From assembly GCF_001194135.2 (NCBI RefSeq), contig NC_068984.1, forward strand, positions 91,540,628 to 91,579,063: a DNA stretch of 38,436 nucleotides, in the 5' to 3' direction. Shown in pieces: positions 1 through 11,825 of the stretch. Numbering within the stretch: the stretch's first letter is position 1; each line of letters starts with the position of its first letter. The translations under genes were made by a program, and so were the position numbers. Source of the DNA: Octopus bimaculoides. Its lineage: Eukaryota. The notes beneath the pieces are model-generated. The model saw only the letters and a program-made list of their open reading frames with translations, was not told the DNA's origin and searched no databases.

Positions 1-1129
1 TTTTTTTTTTTTTTTTTTTTCGTATTTTCCACACATTTGTTTGTACCTCCCAGGCTGGTTTATTATTTTTTTTTGTTCCCGGCTGAAGGTCTTTATGTTG
101 ACTAAACAATATAGCACCACATGGATCTTTCTTTAAATTTTCTACGCAGTTGTGTTTTTGAAAAATTTGCTAATTTTAGATAATCAGCGTCCGTTATCGA
201 TATACAGAAAATGGTAATTGCCATGTTTTTCCACAACTGAGATTAGTAAACGTTTCAAAATTTAAAGGTTTGAAACTTTTTTATTGTCAAATCAAGTTCT
301 CTAAAGAATAAAAATGATTTTGGTAAAGTTGATTGATGATATACTGTGCTTGAGAAAATTTGTCCATCACGGCAAAAACAAGGCCCTAAATGCCTTTCAT
401 TTATGGGCGAAGGTAAAGAATACATTCACCATCCATTTTTGGCATAACAAAAACTCTAAACACCGAGTGTATGTATTCTTTACTTTAGCCCGTTTATGTC
501 TCTAGGCCTCTGCACCCAGTCTGACGTGCTTCTTCCCTATGACTCATCTTCTTAATACCCGTCCCTCTATCACTCTTGCTGTAATTATATGAGAGCAGAA
601 CTGAACATATTTGTGCTTTCACTTACCCTCCCTGGAACCCATTCCTTTGTTTTGTGCATTATCAGTATCATCCATTGCCACTTATTTTCCTCTGGATGCC
701 CCTTTCATCTTCACTTCTCCTCTGTACTCCCTCTCATTCAGCTAATGACAAGCCCACAACTTGCATTCATTTCCCACTATTTCCACCCTTATTTAACTCT
801 GACTTCGTCCCTGGTACTGTACATCTCTTGTGCGTTGCTCATACTTCACATCAACTGTACTGCCTCTTATTATCTCCTCCTCCCTCACTCCTAAAAAAAC
901 ACTGATATTCACCATTGACCACACTTCCCCCATTTACCATTCACTGCATTCACCTCTATCTGCCACTCTCCTTTTGCACTTTGCAAACTTACAAATTGAT
1001 TTACTCTGTCCAATCCTCTGGACCACTTCAGTTCACCTCCCTGGTATCCCCTCACACTTCTTAACCACCATCTTCTCTCTTTTCTCAACTGGTGTAGCTA
1101 TGTACCGTCTCTATTGCAAGACACCTGTT

Positions 1130-1795
1130 TCTATCTAGCTTTCATACTTTAACATCTCATCAGCGAGAATAAAGCTACCTCCCTCAATACTAAACTCCAC
1201 ATCAATCAAGGAGTCTTGTCTTGCTAGTTACTTGGTGACCTCACTAGTGCTGGTGTCACATAAAAACCACCCAGTACACTCTGTGAAATAGTTGATGTTA
1301 GGAAAGGCATCCAGCTGTAGAAACCATGCCAAAGCAAACATTGGAGTTTGGCACAGTCCTCTGCCTGTCAAACTGTCTACCCCATGTATTAGTCTCATTG
1401 CTCTAAACAAATGGAGAGAATGTAGAGCCATAAGGACTTCTTTTTGTCTAGAAAAGTACAAGGCAACCTCACTAATGCTGGTGCCATGGTAAACTGCACT
1501 CATTACACTGTGAAGTGGTTAGTGAATGAACAGAAACACTGTATGGTCCAGTGAACACTTGAGTCTTGTTTTGTCAATGATGTGAAAACCTTTCTAGTGC
1601 TGATAATAGAGTAATATGCACCCAGTATACTCTGTACAGTGGTTGATGTTTAGAATGGCAACCAGCCATAGAAACCTTGTTAAAATAAATTGTTTGAGCA
1701 AAATGCTCCCTATCATGTGTAAGGGAACACAAACTCCAGTTAAGAACTTGGATCATGACAACCTATCCAACCAGTAGATGTAAAGTGATGATGAC
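1130..1795 (+). repeat. Degenerate RTE 3'-tail-derived repeat segments
   Basis: Contains tail motifs shared with other copies in the window (ttaggaaaggcatccagctgtagaaaccatgcc; ends taaagtgatgatga). 1130-1390 resembles the reverse complement of 25937-26215. Confidence 0.55.
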
Positions 1796-3623
1796 TGCAT
1801 GTACCCTTGTAACATGAAAGAACATTACCACCATACGATGGAAATGGTGTCAAACTATGGGAAATCCAATTTCTTTATTACTAATTACTTGTAATATATT
1901 GTGGCATGGAAAAAAAAAACGATAAAGGGTGTCTCAGATTTTCTTGAGTGTTCAAATTAAACTAAATTCTCTCTTTGGGAACATAGCTCTAAAGTCTTCC
2001 TTTGAAATTTCTGTTATTCCATTGAATTTCAAAAGCTCAGGCTGCCACACTCTTAAATTCTCATATGACAAAACAGATTTTTGATCTTGAAATTAATAAA
2101 ACTTTGTGCAGGGCTTAAAACTACAGTAACAGGACTAATTCTCTGTTATTATGAAAAAAATATCAGATTCCTAGACCCTGTGGTCAAGCAAATCTAACGC
2201 TTCCTATGTGGATTGCAGTAAATGCTCCAAAGGCTTTCCTAAAGATTTCAGCTATGACACAAGAAACAGTCAGTGTATGAAGACACCACAGCCAAATATG
2301 TCAAGTTGAGAGTTGAAATGTACATAGCATACAGCAAACATCTTATGTACAACTGTTGCGTCTACTGAAATTTACTCTTCTGTAAACTCAATGAGTTATA
2401 TATTTTCAAGTAAAAGAATATGACTGCCTACAGATGTTTTTTTTCTATTTATGATGATGATATGCAATGGTCATTATGTTAGTACTCCAGAAACAATGTG
2501 AAAGTTGCTGGAATGCAAAATGCACAATAGACTACATGCTGTTGTCTTCTCGTACATTTTGAATATCAACAGTTAGTTTACTTTCCAGAAGGCACTGAAA
2601 GGATGATATTTCAAAATGTTCTGCCAAACAGTATATCTATGAGTATGCCTTTGACAAAAGAACATGGAAATAAAGAATATGTGGGAGAGAATAAAATAAT
2701 CCCTAGAATATACGTAGCATATACAATGAAAACAGATTTCACTTCAGATTATTATTACTATATATTAGTAAGTATCAGGGAAAGATTGAAAACTTCATTC
2801 ATTACCTTATAATGTCATTAAGATTTTCGTTATTATTTTAATATGAATAAAACATGTAAAAGGAAAAATATATTTCAACATTCATACTTTAAAAACAATC
2901 AGAAAGGCCTCAGTAAAATGCCCATGTTTCATCAAAAGGCATGAGCACAATGTGTGTGTGTATATATAGGGAGAGAGTTTTTGAAGTGATGTACAGGTAG
3001 TCAGAATGTTGGATGATGATATATATATTCTTATAAGTCACCCTGTATACAAGATCTAAGTACATTTTGTTTCAGTTTTGATAACACCCACTTAGTTTTT
3101 AGCATTTGTTATTACATTTTTAAAGGAATTTTGATTGTTGTAGTTGAACCCTGGATCAGATCTTCCAGCAATGATCACCTTTTTTTTTAGAATATGTGTC
3201 CTTGCTTTTTGAAGACGCTGGCTGTGTACTTTGAGGGTGATTTATCTGTTATTTCTGGCAGGACAAAGAATCAAAGAGAACGCCTCCAGCTCATGTGCAG
3301 AAAATAAAGGAAACATTAATTTTTCATTTTACCCTTTATAGCATATCATTGAAAGAAAAAAAACGAAAACGCTACTTTCACGTAGAAACTTTTAATTTTC
3401 CAAAAGCTTTCACTCTTATCTAAGGTTTGAATTCTAAATATCTACCAAATATTTTTCTTTGCTCAGTGCCCTATTTTCTAAAGCTACAGTTTTTGCATTT
3501 GTATGATTACTTATTCTCATCTTTATTTCAGAAAATTATTTTGTCTAATGAGTGACATTACATGCCTATGTCAGAACTAAAACTAAAAAAAATTTTTTTA
3601 TATCTTTCTAATGTGTTTTATAG

Positions 3624-3720
3624 ACTGGAATGGGGCTGAAGAGGAAAAAAATGACATAAATGTGTGGGAAGATAATTGGGATGATGATAATATAGAAGAT
3701 GACTTTTCAAAACAGCTTCG
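3624..3720 (+). CDS. SEM1: 26S proteasome complex subunit SEM1/DSS1, internal coding exon (exon 1 is upstream of the window)
   Basis: Flanked by tttatag| and |gtaagt. Reads (D)[31 protein letters not shown](R), matching the DSS1 signature [20 protein letters not shown]. Confidence 0.95.
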
Positions 3721-4549
3721 GTAAGTAAATATAATTTGGATGATACCAATTTTTAATGAATAACAAGTATTTGGTTGTCCAGCTTTAGTGTTGATGAACA
3801 TTACAAAATATCAAACTAATGAAAAGTAAATAATTTTAAAGTTGTTTTGCATGTAATACAGAAACTTAATAATATTTTATAAAATCAGTTAGCATAATCT
3901 CACTAGAATTCATTTTATTACAGTGGATTAGGAAATTGTAAAATAGTTGTGACATGTTATATATATATATATACGTGAGATAGGTAGGTATTAAAAGATA
4001 GCTGGATATGACCTTTTGGATGCAGTCTATAATGTTTACATGTGTAGCTGCAGCACCAAATGTGGGAATAATACTCAAAGAAAACTAAATGCTGTTGATT
4101 CATTGCTAACCAAATCACTGCCTCAAATAAAATTAAGTCATCACCTCATTTTACTCTAATGAAATTTTGAAATTTATGCAAAGTGCAATAAAAGTAAAAA
4201 CCAAAGCCAAAAATGCTTATTTCAAGTTGGGAAATATCATAAAGATATTTAGAAGTCCATTGAGCATATTTTCCAAATATCCTGAGGATTTGATCATCAG
4301 TGATACAATGTTCTGTATGCTGGCCATTCAAGAGTGACTCTTTTAAACTTTTGGAATTTTATGAGTGTATTGATAAACTTTCAAATTGTTAGATAATTCT
4401 CTAATTCCTTGCAGAACTTCAAATTGCTGCTTCTCCTTGGTTGGCTGTCTTATCTTCATTATTTAAAGTGTAAAAATACAAATTCACAGAGTAGTCCAAA
4501 AATTTGAATGTTTATATGGTATTTCCCATAACTTAAAATAAGAATTTTG

Positions 4550-4625
4550 ATCATCATTATTTTAAGGTCCACTTTTCCATGCTGGCAGATTTTCCATGGC
4601 TGGATACCCTTCCTGTCACTAACTC
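4550..4625 (-). repeat. Short RTE 3'-tail fragment in SEM1 intron
   Basis: Reverse complement aggaagggtatccagccatggaaaatctgccagcatggaaaagtggaccttaaaatgatgatga resembles the tails at 17053-17365 and 38158-38388. Confidence 0.4.
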
Positions 4626-5610
4626 TTACCTGTTTCCAAGCAAAGTAATATTTCTCCATGGCCAGACATGTTTTCATAGAATATTAGAAATGAATGACAT
4701 TTTATTTACAATGATCACACATCAAAACAAGGAGAGACACACACATGAAGACATTTTTCAATTTCTGTCTACTAAATCTGTTCACAAAGCTTTGGTTGAC
4801 CCAGGCTGCATAGTAGAAGGCACGAGTTAATTAGTGAAGAATTTGAATTGATTCTAGTACCCCATTGTGAGTTTTATATGAGCTTTGTAGAAAGTCAATA
4901 ACTGATTTAAAGCTAAGGTATTTCCTGTTGCTACAGAGAAAGGCTTCAGGATATAGTTTGAGCTATTGTTTTGTGTGTGTGGAATCACCAGAAAAGATCA
5001 GATTGTGAGTCTTGGACAACATGTAGCTAAAACCTAAGTAACTACGGAGTGTGAGGTACAACATTGCTATATGAGTTGCAGTACTTCATGTCTTCTATTT
5101 GTAACTGTGATCTGTCCTACAAACATTGTGTTCATAAGTTACACTACTTTCAATAGTAATTCATGTTCTATGCACAAGGCATGACACTGAGCCTTCAGAT
5201 GGTCAAGAACACTATGTCAACTTTATAATTAATGTTTCTTTAACTTAGAATGCTATGTGAAACATTTCTGTTAATTTGACATGCCAGAATGATTCAGTCT
5301 ACATACACCAGATGAAAACAGTGTTGAGAGGTTGTCCTTACAATTTATTTAAACGTAAGTCCTGCCTCACCTTCATTGGATAATTAATGAATAATCTCTA
5401 CAACAATCAGTTCTGGTTCAGACATTAAAAATGTTATAAACTCTTACATTTTGAATATATGTCTATTGCAGTTAAATCAGATTTAGCATTTAATTATTCC
5501 ATGCATTTGTACTGCAAAAAAATTAATGCTTAGTGACTTGAAATATCTTCACAATAGAGCTTCTCTTTTGTTTTGACTTATATTCCTACATTGTTTTGTT
5601 TTTCTTTTAG

Positions 5611-5668
5611 GGCTCAACTAGAACTACAAGGAAAATCTCTAGAAATTCCAGAACCAATGAAAACTTAA
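5611..5668 (+). CDS. SEM1: SEM1/DSS1 terminal coding exon
   Basis: Strong acceptor ttgttttgtttttcttttag|. Its phase completes the split Arg codon CG|G. Reads AQLELQGKSLEIPEPMKT*, comparable to vertebrate RAELEKHG. Confidence 0.9.
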
Positions 5669-5705
5669 TTTGCATTATTTTTAACACTATTCATCATCAA
5701 TTGAA

Positions 5706-5711
5706 AATAAA
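5706..5711 (+). terminator. Probable SEM1 polyadenylation signal AATAAA
   Basis: AATAAA 38 nt after the stop codon, followed by a T/GT-rich downstream tract. Confidence 0.6.
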
Positions 5712-5859
5712 ATGTTCTTTTTTTATATATTTGTTTTGTAATTATTGTTTGTTTAAAACAAGAACTAATGAAAAAGTATTAAGTTTTCGGTATGATATAT
5801 CAGTTATCATGATCATATTAATAACAGGCAATTCCCATAGTGGCATGGTTTGAATGCAG

Positions 5860-6008
5860 ATGCACATGCATACATCTCACTAGTTTCTGCTCACAAGGTA
5901 TAGATCAATCTAAAGTTACAGTGACATTTACATGCTTAAGATTTTGCACTATGATAGTGAGCCTGGAACTATGAGGCTGTGAAGCAAATTTCTTAACCAC
6001 ACAACCAT
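5860..6008 (-). mobile_element. Degenerate tRNA-derived SINE head
   Basis: Decayed similarity (cacaagg...gcctggaact...cttaaccacacaacc) to the SINE heads at 32200-32365 and 33975-34120. Confidence 0.4.
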
Positions 6009-6474
6009 GGTGATCAACATTATCATCATTTGAATATCCATTTTTATTATGCTAACATGATTATAGAAATTGTCACTGGTGTTTATTTTGCTTTTTTATT
6101 GGTAGGCTCAACATTTTGAGAGCTGCTTTTTCCTATTTCCTCAGACTTCATCTGCCTCAGGCAATTTTTTTTCTCAGGACATATTTCCATTTGCATCATG
6201 ATCAAAGGTTCTTGCCTCCAACTCCATTATGATTAATCACCCTAATGCCTAATTCCATGTTATCAAGTACTTCAACATCTCCATTAGCCTCATCTATTAC
6301 ATTGTATACAAACTACTACATAATTATATACAGATGAAACAGAGTGCCAGACAACTCTCATGATAAATCAGTTGTCTAGAGTAACATTCAAAGACTCTCC
6401 AAACACATGATTGGACTTTTCAGTTCATCATCTTACTTCATGAACCATCTCTTGGGCTATGGTGTCACCTCACA

Positions 6475-7345
6475 TCATCATCATTTAACATCCATTGTTC
6501 ATGCTGGCATGGGTTGGCATGCTGGAAAGCTGCACCAGGCTCTAGTCTGATTTGGCATGGTTTTCTATGGCTGGATGCCCTTCTTAATGCCAACCACACT
6601 GAGAGTGTAATGGATGCTGTTACATGTCACTGGCACAGGTGCCATTTTCATGACACGGGTATCTGCAATTTTACTCGGCTTGATGGGTCTTCTCAAGCAC
6701 GACATAATGCCAATGGTCTTGGTCATTGCCTCTGTGAGGCCCAACACTTGAAAGGAACTTGGCCACTTTGCCTCCATGAGGCCCAACACTCGAAAGGAAC
6801 TCAGCTACTTTGTCTCTGTCAGGCCCAATGTTCAAAGGTTGATTTTTTTATGTGCCACCAGCACAGGTGCACTTAGCTTGAGGGCTCCTCTTAAGCAGAG
6901 CACATCACCAAAGTTTGAAGCTCATGCTTCACCACCTCGTCCCATGTCTTCCTGGGTCTACCTCTACCACAGGTTCCCTCCACAGTTAGAGATCGGCACT
7001 TCTTTACACAGCTGTCCTCATTCTTACCATGACCATACCAACACAGTTGTCTCTCTTGCGCACCACATCTGATTCCTCTTACGCCTAATTTTTCTCTCAA
7101 GATGCTTACCCTCTGTCAGACATGCACACTGACATTGCACATCCAGCAAAGCATACTGGCTTTATTTCTCTCAAGCCTACGCATGTCCTTGGTTGTTATA
7201 GCCCATGTTTTATTGCCATGCAGCATAGCTGTTCACACACAGGCATCAAACAATCTGCCTTTTACTCAGAGAGAAGCCCTATTTTGCCAGCAGGGATAGG
7301 AGCTCTCTGAACTTTGCCCAACTTAATCTTATTCTCACAGTTAAA
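6475..7345 (-). mobile_element. RTE-clade LINE 3' fragment
   Basis: Minus-strand peptides such as CGAQERQLCWYGH and VEGTCGRGRPRKTWDEVVK are homologous to 13870-14050. Ends in the (gat)n tail at about 6475. Confidence 0.85.
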
Positions 7346-8012
7346 CTCACTGAACAACCACCTCCACTACTAACTTGGTCACCTAGATGCCAGAAGCTAT
7401 CGACTACCTCTCACTTGCCCCGGTTTTTATATATGTATTGTGCTCTCCTTCCATGTTATAGTAACTCATGCCTTGTCCCTTGCATTAGGCCTACATCTCC
7501 CTCAACCCCAGGCTCTTGCAGACTACTCAGCCATGTCATCACTCTTGTCCTCTTCTGACAACTATTTCATTTTTACAACTCCTGCTGCTCACCTCTCTTC
7601 TGTATCCCTCTATCTCGCCCACCCTTCAACCCTACTCATTTTAGCAGTCTGCCACACCGTCCCTTCATTCTCCTTCCCATACAATCTTTCAAATCAGTTC
7701 AGCTCACTTTGTGGGGTCACTAGGTACCTTATCACCATTACCTATCTCTTGTAGCTCCTACTGTTCAGTTTCCTTTTCTCGCCTCTTGCCCTGCTGGACG
7801 TGAGCAGCCATGCAGATCCTCTACTAGAACCTGCACTACTGCACCCCCAGCTTTCAGTTCAATCCCCTTATCCTCTAGCATGTAGCTAATCCCTTCCCCA
7901 CCAAGGCTTGTAGTTCTGCAAGCTTCGTGACAACATAGTGTAGATGGCATGAAAAAGCAGCCAGTCTACACTATAAAGTGGTTGGCATTAGGAAGGGTAT
8001 CCAACAGTAGAA

Positions 8013-8690
8013 ACAATTGATTTTGAAGACTGTGGAATAAATGATAATCAGATGGGGCAATGTCTGGTGAATATGGTGGGTGGAGCATCGTTGCCCATTC
8101 AAACTGCTCCAGCCTTTGGAATGTCATCCTCGTATGTGGCCAAGCATTATCCTGGAAAGAATACCTTTCATCTTGAAACCAAGGATGGTCGTTTTTCTTC
8201 TAGCACTGACTTAAGCTGCTTACAGTAGATCTTTGTTATCATTTGGTTTGGGTTTAAAAGTTCAAAGTGGACTAAACATTTCATATCCCACCAAACAAAT
8301 AACAACACTTTATGTGGGTGAAAACCTTTAGCTATGAGTGCCGATGTTTCTCCTTTCCATTACCCACTGTCTTTGGCACTTGACATCTTATAGAGAACCC
8401 ATTTCTCATCACTATTCGATCCAAAACAGGTTCATTTGTGAGACGTAACAGCAAAGAAGAACACACATTCGCTCTGTGTGTGATTACACTTGGAAGTTTT
8501 GAGGAACCCATCGACCCAATTTGTTAACTTTTCCGATGGCGCATAAGTGTTTGTGAGTGGTTGGATGACCAAACCCAAGCTTCTCTGCTAGTTCATCAAC
8601 AGTTACAGTGTGTGTAAAAGAGTAGTTGAGCAGTTGGATTCAGAGAAGCCAGCAGCAGTCACAATTAGCTCCCCATTCAGTTTGTGTAGT
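8013..8690 (-). mobile_element. Mariner transposase remnant
   Basis: Minus-strand motifs KLGRWVPQ, DEKWVLY, QDNAWPH and HPPYSPDIAPSDYHLF are the canonical mariner WVPHEL, DEKW, HDNARPH and YSPDLAP motifs. Interrupted by stops and frameshifts. Confidence 0.9.
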
Positions 8691-9699
8691 AATCAATTAC
8701 TGTGTAGTATAATGTAATATGTCCATGTTACTGAAAATCCAGGAAATCTGAACAATAAATTTTTCTGTGAGGAGTAAAGTCAGGAGGTATGGGAGACAAA
8801 GAGAACTTTTTTTTTTTAATCCATATGACTTCCACATGATTACAGCCATTTCATAACTTACATTATGCAGTATTATTAATTTCAGTATGCAAAATTATAT
8901 GTACATCTTTACATCAATATGTATGCTCAGCATTACACAATATAATTGTATATTCATGAATTGATGTAAATAATGAAAGCTAACTCATCAGGTCACTGGA
9001 ACATAACAAGTACATCTACAATTCAACTCTATACACACAAAATTCACTCTTTATGGAAGGCCTGAATAGGAACAGGATTACAGTAATTTGGTCAGTAAAA
9101 GTAAACAGTGAAATCATCTTATATCGTGTTTTTTTTTATAGAATTTTACCCCTGAATACACTCAAGCCAATTTAGGTGAGGCACTTGAAAGAAATTAAGA
9201 GAATTTAGTAATCTTAATTTAAGCAAAATAACAGTAAGTAAACTAAAATAACAAGTAAATATAAGTAAAATATTATCAATGTATAGCTTGTTAATGCGAA
9301 TGGATATATATGTACTAGGTATATTACAGAATGATATGCTATATGAATAAATATAAAATGTGAGATTGTAGTAATTTTTGTGGATGAATGTGATAGTAGG
9401 CTGAATTTGAAAGAAAGTTGATTGTTGAAGAACTTAATTCTTAAATTCTTTTTGAATCTTAGTTCACAGCTCAACAGCCTACATTTATAAAATCTTGTAT
9501 TCTTTAGTTTTCTTATCAGTGAATTATTTTTGCTATTTTTACACCCTCATCCCACTGCCTCCCTCACCCTTCATTAGGATCATGCATAAGAAACTACATC
9601 AGATTACCCTAATCTCTGTAAATTGCTGTCCTGTTTTTCATCTTATCTTATATTGCTCCTTATTTTTTTTTACTTATTTCAACTCTTTTACATTATTTT

Positions 9700-10870
9700 G
9701 CCAGTGTGGAATTGAGGATTTTAAAGTTTTAGTTGGTGGTTCCAACATGAGCCATCTCTCAGAGAAGAAAACATGGCATGTAGGATTCAACTTGGAAAAT
9801 CAAGCAATATGACCAAACAGTTTAAGCCTACACTCCTGAATCAAAAGAGTAACAGGACACATCCCAGTTTCTGAGTATAGTCATTGGTTGGATACGAAAT
9901 CTGGTCAATGGTAACTCATAATCAAGCAAAGTGTTCTGGTAACAAAGGAGTTCAGTTGGCTCCTCAGGGCCCTGGACAGTGTCTACATGTCCTTCATAGA
10001 TAAACAGGAAGGACCAGAGACCTGAAAACCCAAAGCTTTGTCCTCTTGCTCAGATATCAGAGCATCTCCAGTGAAACCACAACTGCACCAGTTGTCCAAG
10101 TCTTTTTAAGACTGAATTCTTGTTTAGAATAACCCTGGCAAAGACCTTACTGTGCATTGGGAGGAGTGTAACAGCCCTATAGTTGTTGCAGTTGAGGCGG
10201 TCACCTTTACCTTTCCAGAGAGGGATAATTATACTTTTCTTCCAGTCAGTCACTATGCTACTACTCCAAATTGACCAAATGGTCTGTTGCAAGAACAAGA
10301 CTGCAGCAGGCCCACATTCTTTGATCATCTTCCCATAGATGCCACAAACACCAGCTGCCTCCCTGCCCTTCAGCTGATTTTCTGTGATATGAACCTTGTC
10401 TATGAAGGGCAGATTTCAGCTGACCAGCACGTCAGTCATCAGCATTGAAGGTACTGCAGTTTTCAGAACAGTATTAGGTGGGTCCACCTTATACAACTCC
10501 TCAAAATATGATACCCAATGAACTATCACCTTGGATTCCTCTGTCAGGAGTACTTCATCAGATTCCAGGATACCAAGGGAGGAAGATTTGACACACAACA
10601 CCCACCAAGAATTGTGATTCCTCTGTTGGCAGTATATGAGTCAGAAGTGTGAAATTGACTCAACCTTCTTGCAGAATCCTCAAACCTGCTTTTCCTTGTC
10701 AAACCTTAGTCTCTGAGTACCCCACATCTCAGATCCTGAAACAAATTTTCAGGGGTCCAACTCAGACTTACTTTGTGGTTACACCCAACCAATGCAGTGT
10801 AGCGAATAAGTCTTGCTTACACTGTTGTCATTGAGTCTGTTGGCATCCAGTCTGGGATAAGAGTCCCTGG
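9700..10870 (-). mobile_element. Internally deleted RTE LINE (a subfamily distinct from the copy at 11826)
   Basis: IIIPLWKGKGDRLNCNNYRAVTLL (RT N-terminus) joins, at about 10100, C-terminal RT sequence RTKLWVFRSLVLP...RLKLFGHI. The YADD region is missing. Confidence 0.8.
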
Positions 10871-11428
10871 GGAAGGTGTATTAATTTACTTTTCCAGTTT
10901 TACCCACTCTCTTTCTTTTTTGCACATCAGCCTTGTTTAACTTGTAAATTGTTATGTGCGACACAGTGAATAATTAATAAGGAAAAGAATTACTTTCAAC
11001 AACATTTATTAATGATACTAGATACTTTTCATATACATAATGTACAATTTGTTAAATACAAGTTATGTGTTTGAATCAGGAAACAATAAAATTGTCAAAA
11101 GATTAAAACTGAAATATCTCATATAAATTTGGATATAATTGCTGGTTACAACAGGAATTATCTTTTCAAAAATTGAGTGATGAAAATCATCTTATTAAAC
11201 AAAAGCCTAAAGGGACAAGAGCTTTGATTACAATGAAAAAAATTCCTATAGAGAGTTGAACTCCAAGGTTTATATATAAACTCACCAAGATGTTTTAGAA
11301 TATTCTATGAGGCTTTTAGGTATAAAAATTAAACTTTTCATTTTTCTGTCACTGCTTATCACAAACTGATGTCAATGATGATAGGGTGGGAAAAAATTGT
11401 CACATATAGCCAAAATAACTGGTTAATA

Positions 11429-11592
11429 TTGGTGTCAAATTTTGGCAATAGGCCAGCAATTTTTGGAAGCATTGACCCCAATGATCAACTAGTACTTATT
11501 TTATTGACCTGAGTTTGAACTCAGGATGTAAATATAGACAAAATGCTGCTAAGCATTTTCCCAGCATGCTAATGAGTCTACCAGTTCACTGC
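11429..11592 (-). mobile_element. SINE (second family), internally deleted
   Basis: Reverse complement aligns to 11628-11825 (aatgcttagcagcattttgtc; ataaaataagtac; ttgggg). Confidence 0.75.
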
Positions 11593-11627
11593 TTATACAC
11601 TGGTTGATATTACCAAATGTAGAAGAT

Positions 11628-11825
11628 GGTGAGCTGGCAGAATTGTTAGCATACCAGGTAAGATGCTTAGCAGCATTTTGTCTGTCTTCTTAATCCAAGT
11701 TCAAATTCCATTGAAGTTGACTTTGCCTTTCATCCATTCAGAGTTGATAAAATAAGTACCAGTTGAGCACTGGGGTTGATGTAATCAACCAACACCTCCC
11801 CCTGAAATTGCTAGCATTGTGCTAC
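11628..11825 (+). mobile_element. SINE (second family)
   Basis: Head gagctggcagaattgttagc...gttcaaattcc and body gttgataaaataagtaccagttgagcactgggg. Same family as 11429-11592 and fragments at 20495-20745. Confidence 0.75.

Noticed and set aside
505-1130. Pyrimidine-rich block with overlapping 80-100 aa ORFs
   Set aside because: Low-complexity, stop-poor composition and no identifiable domain. Probably an old repeat that I could not classify.
2451-2600. Possible C/D box snoRNA in the SEM1 intron (ATGATGA ... CTGA)
   Set aside because: No terminal stem and no recognisable rRNA or snRNA guide. The boxes are expected by chance.
8984-8991. CTGATGAG on the minus strand as a hammerhead core
   Set aside because: No helix II or GAAA-N-UH block follows.
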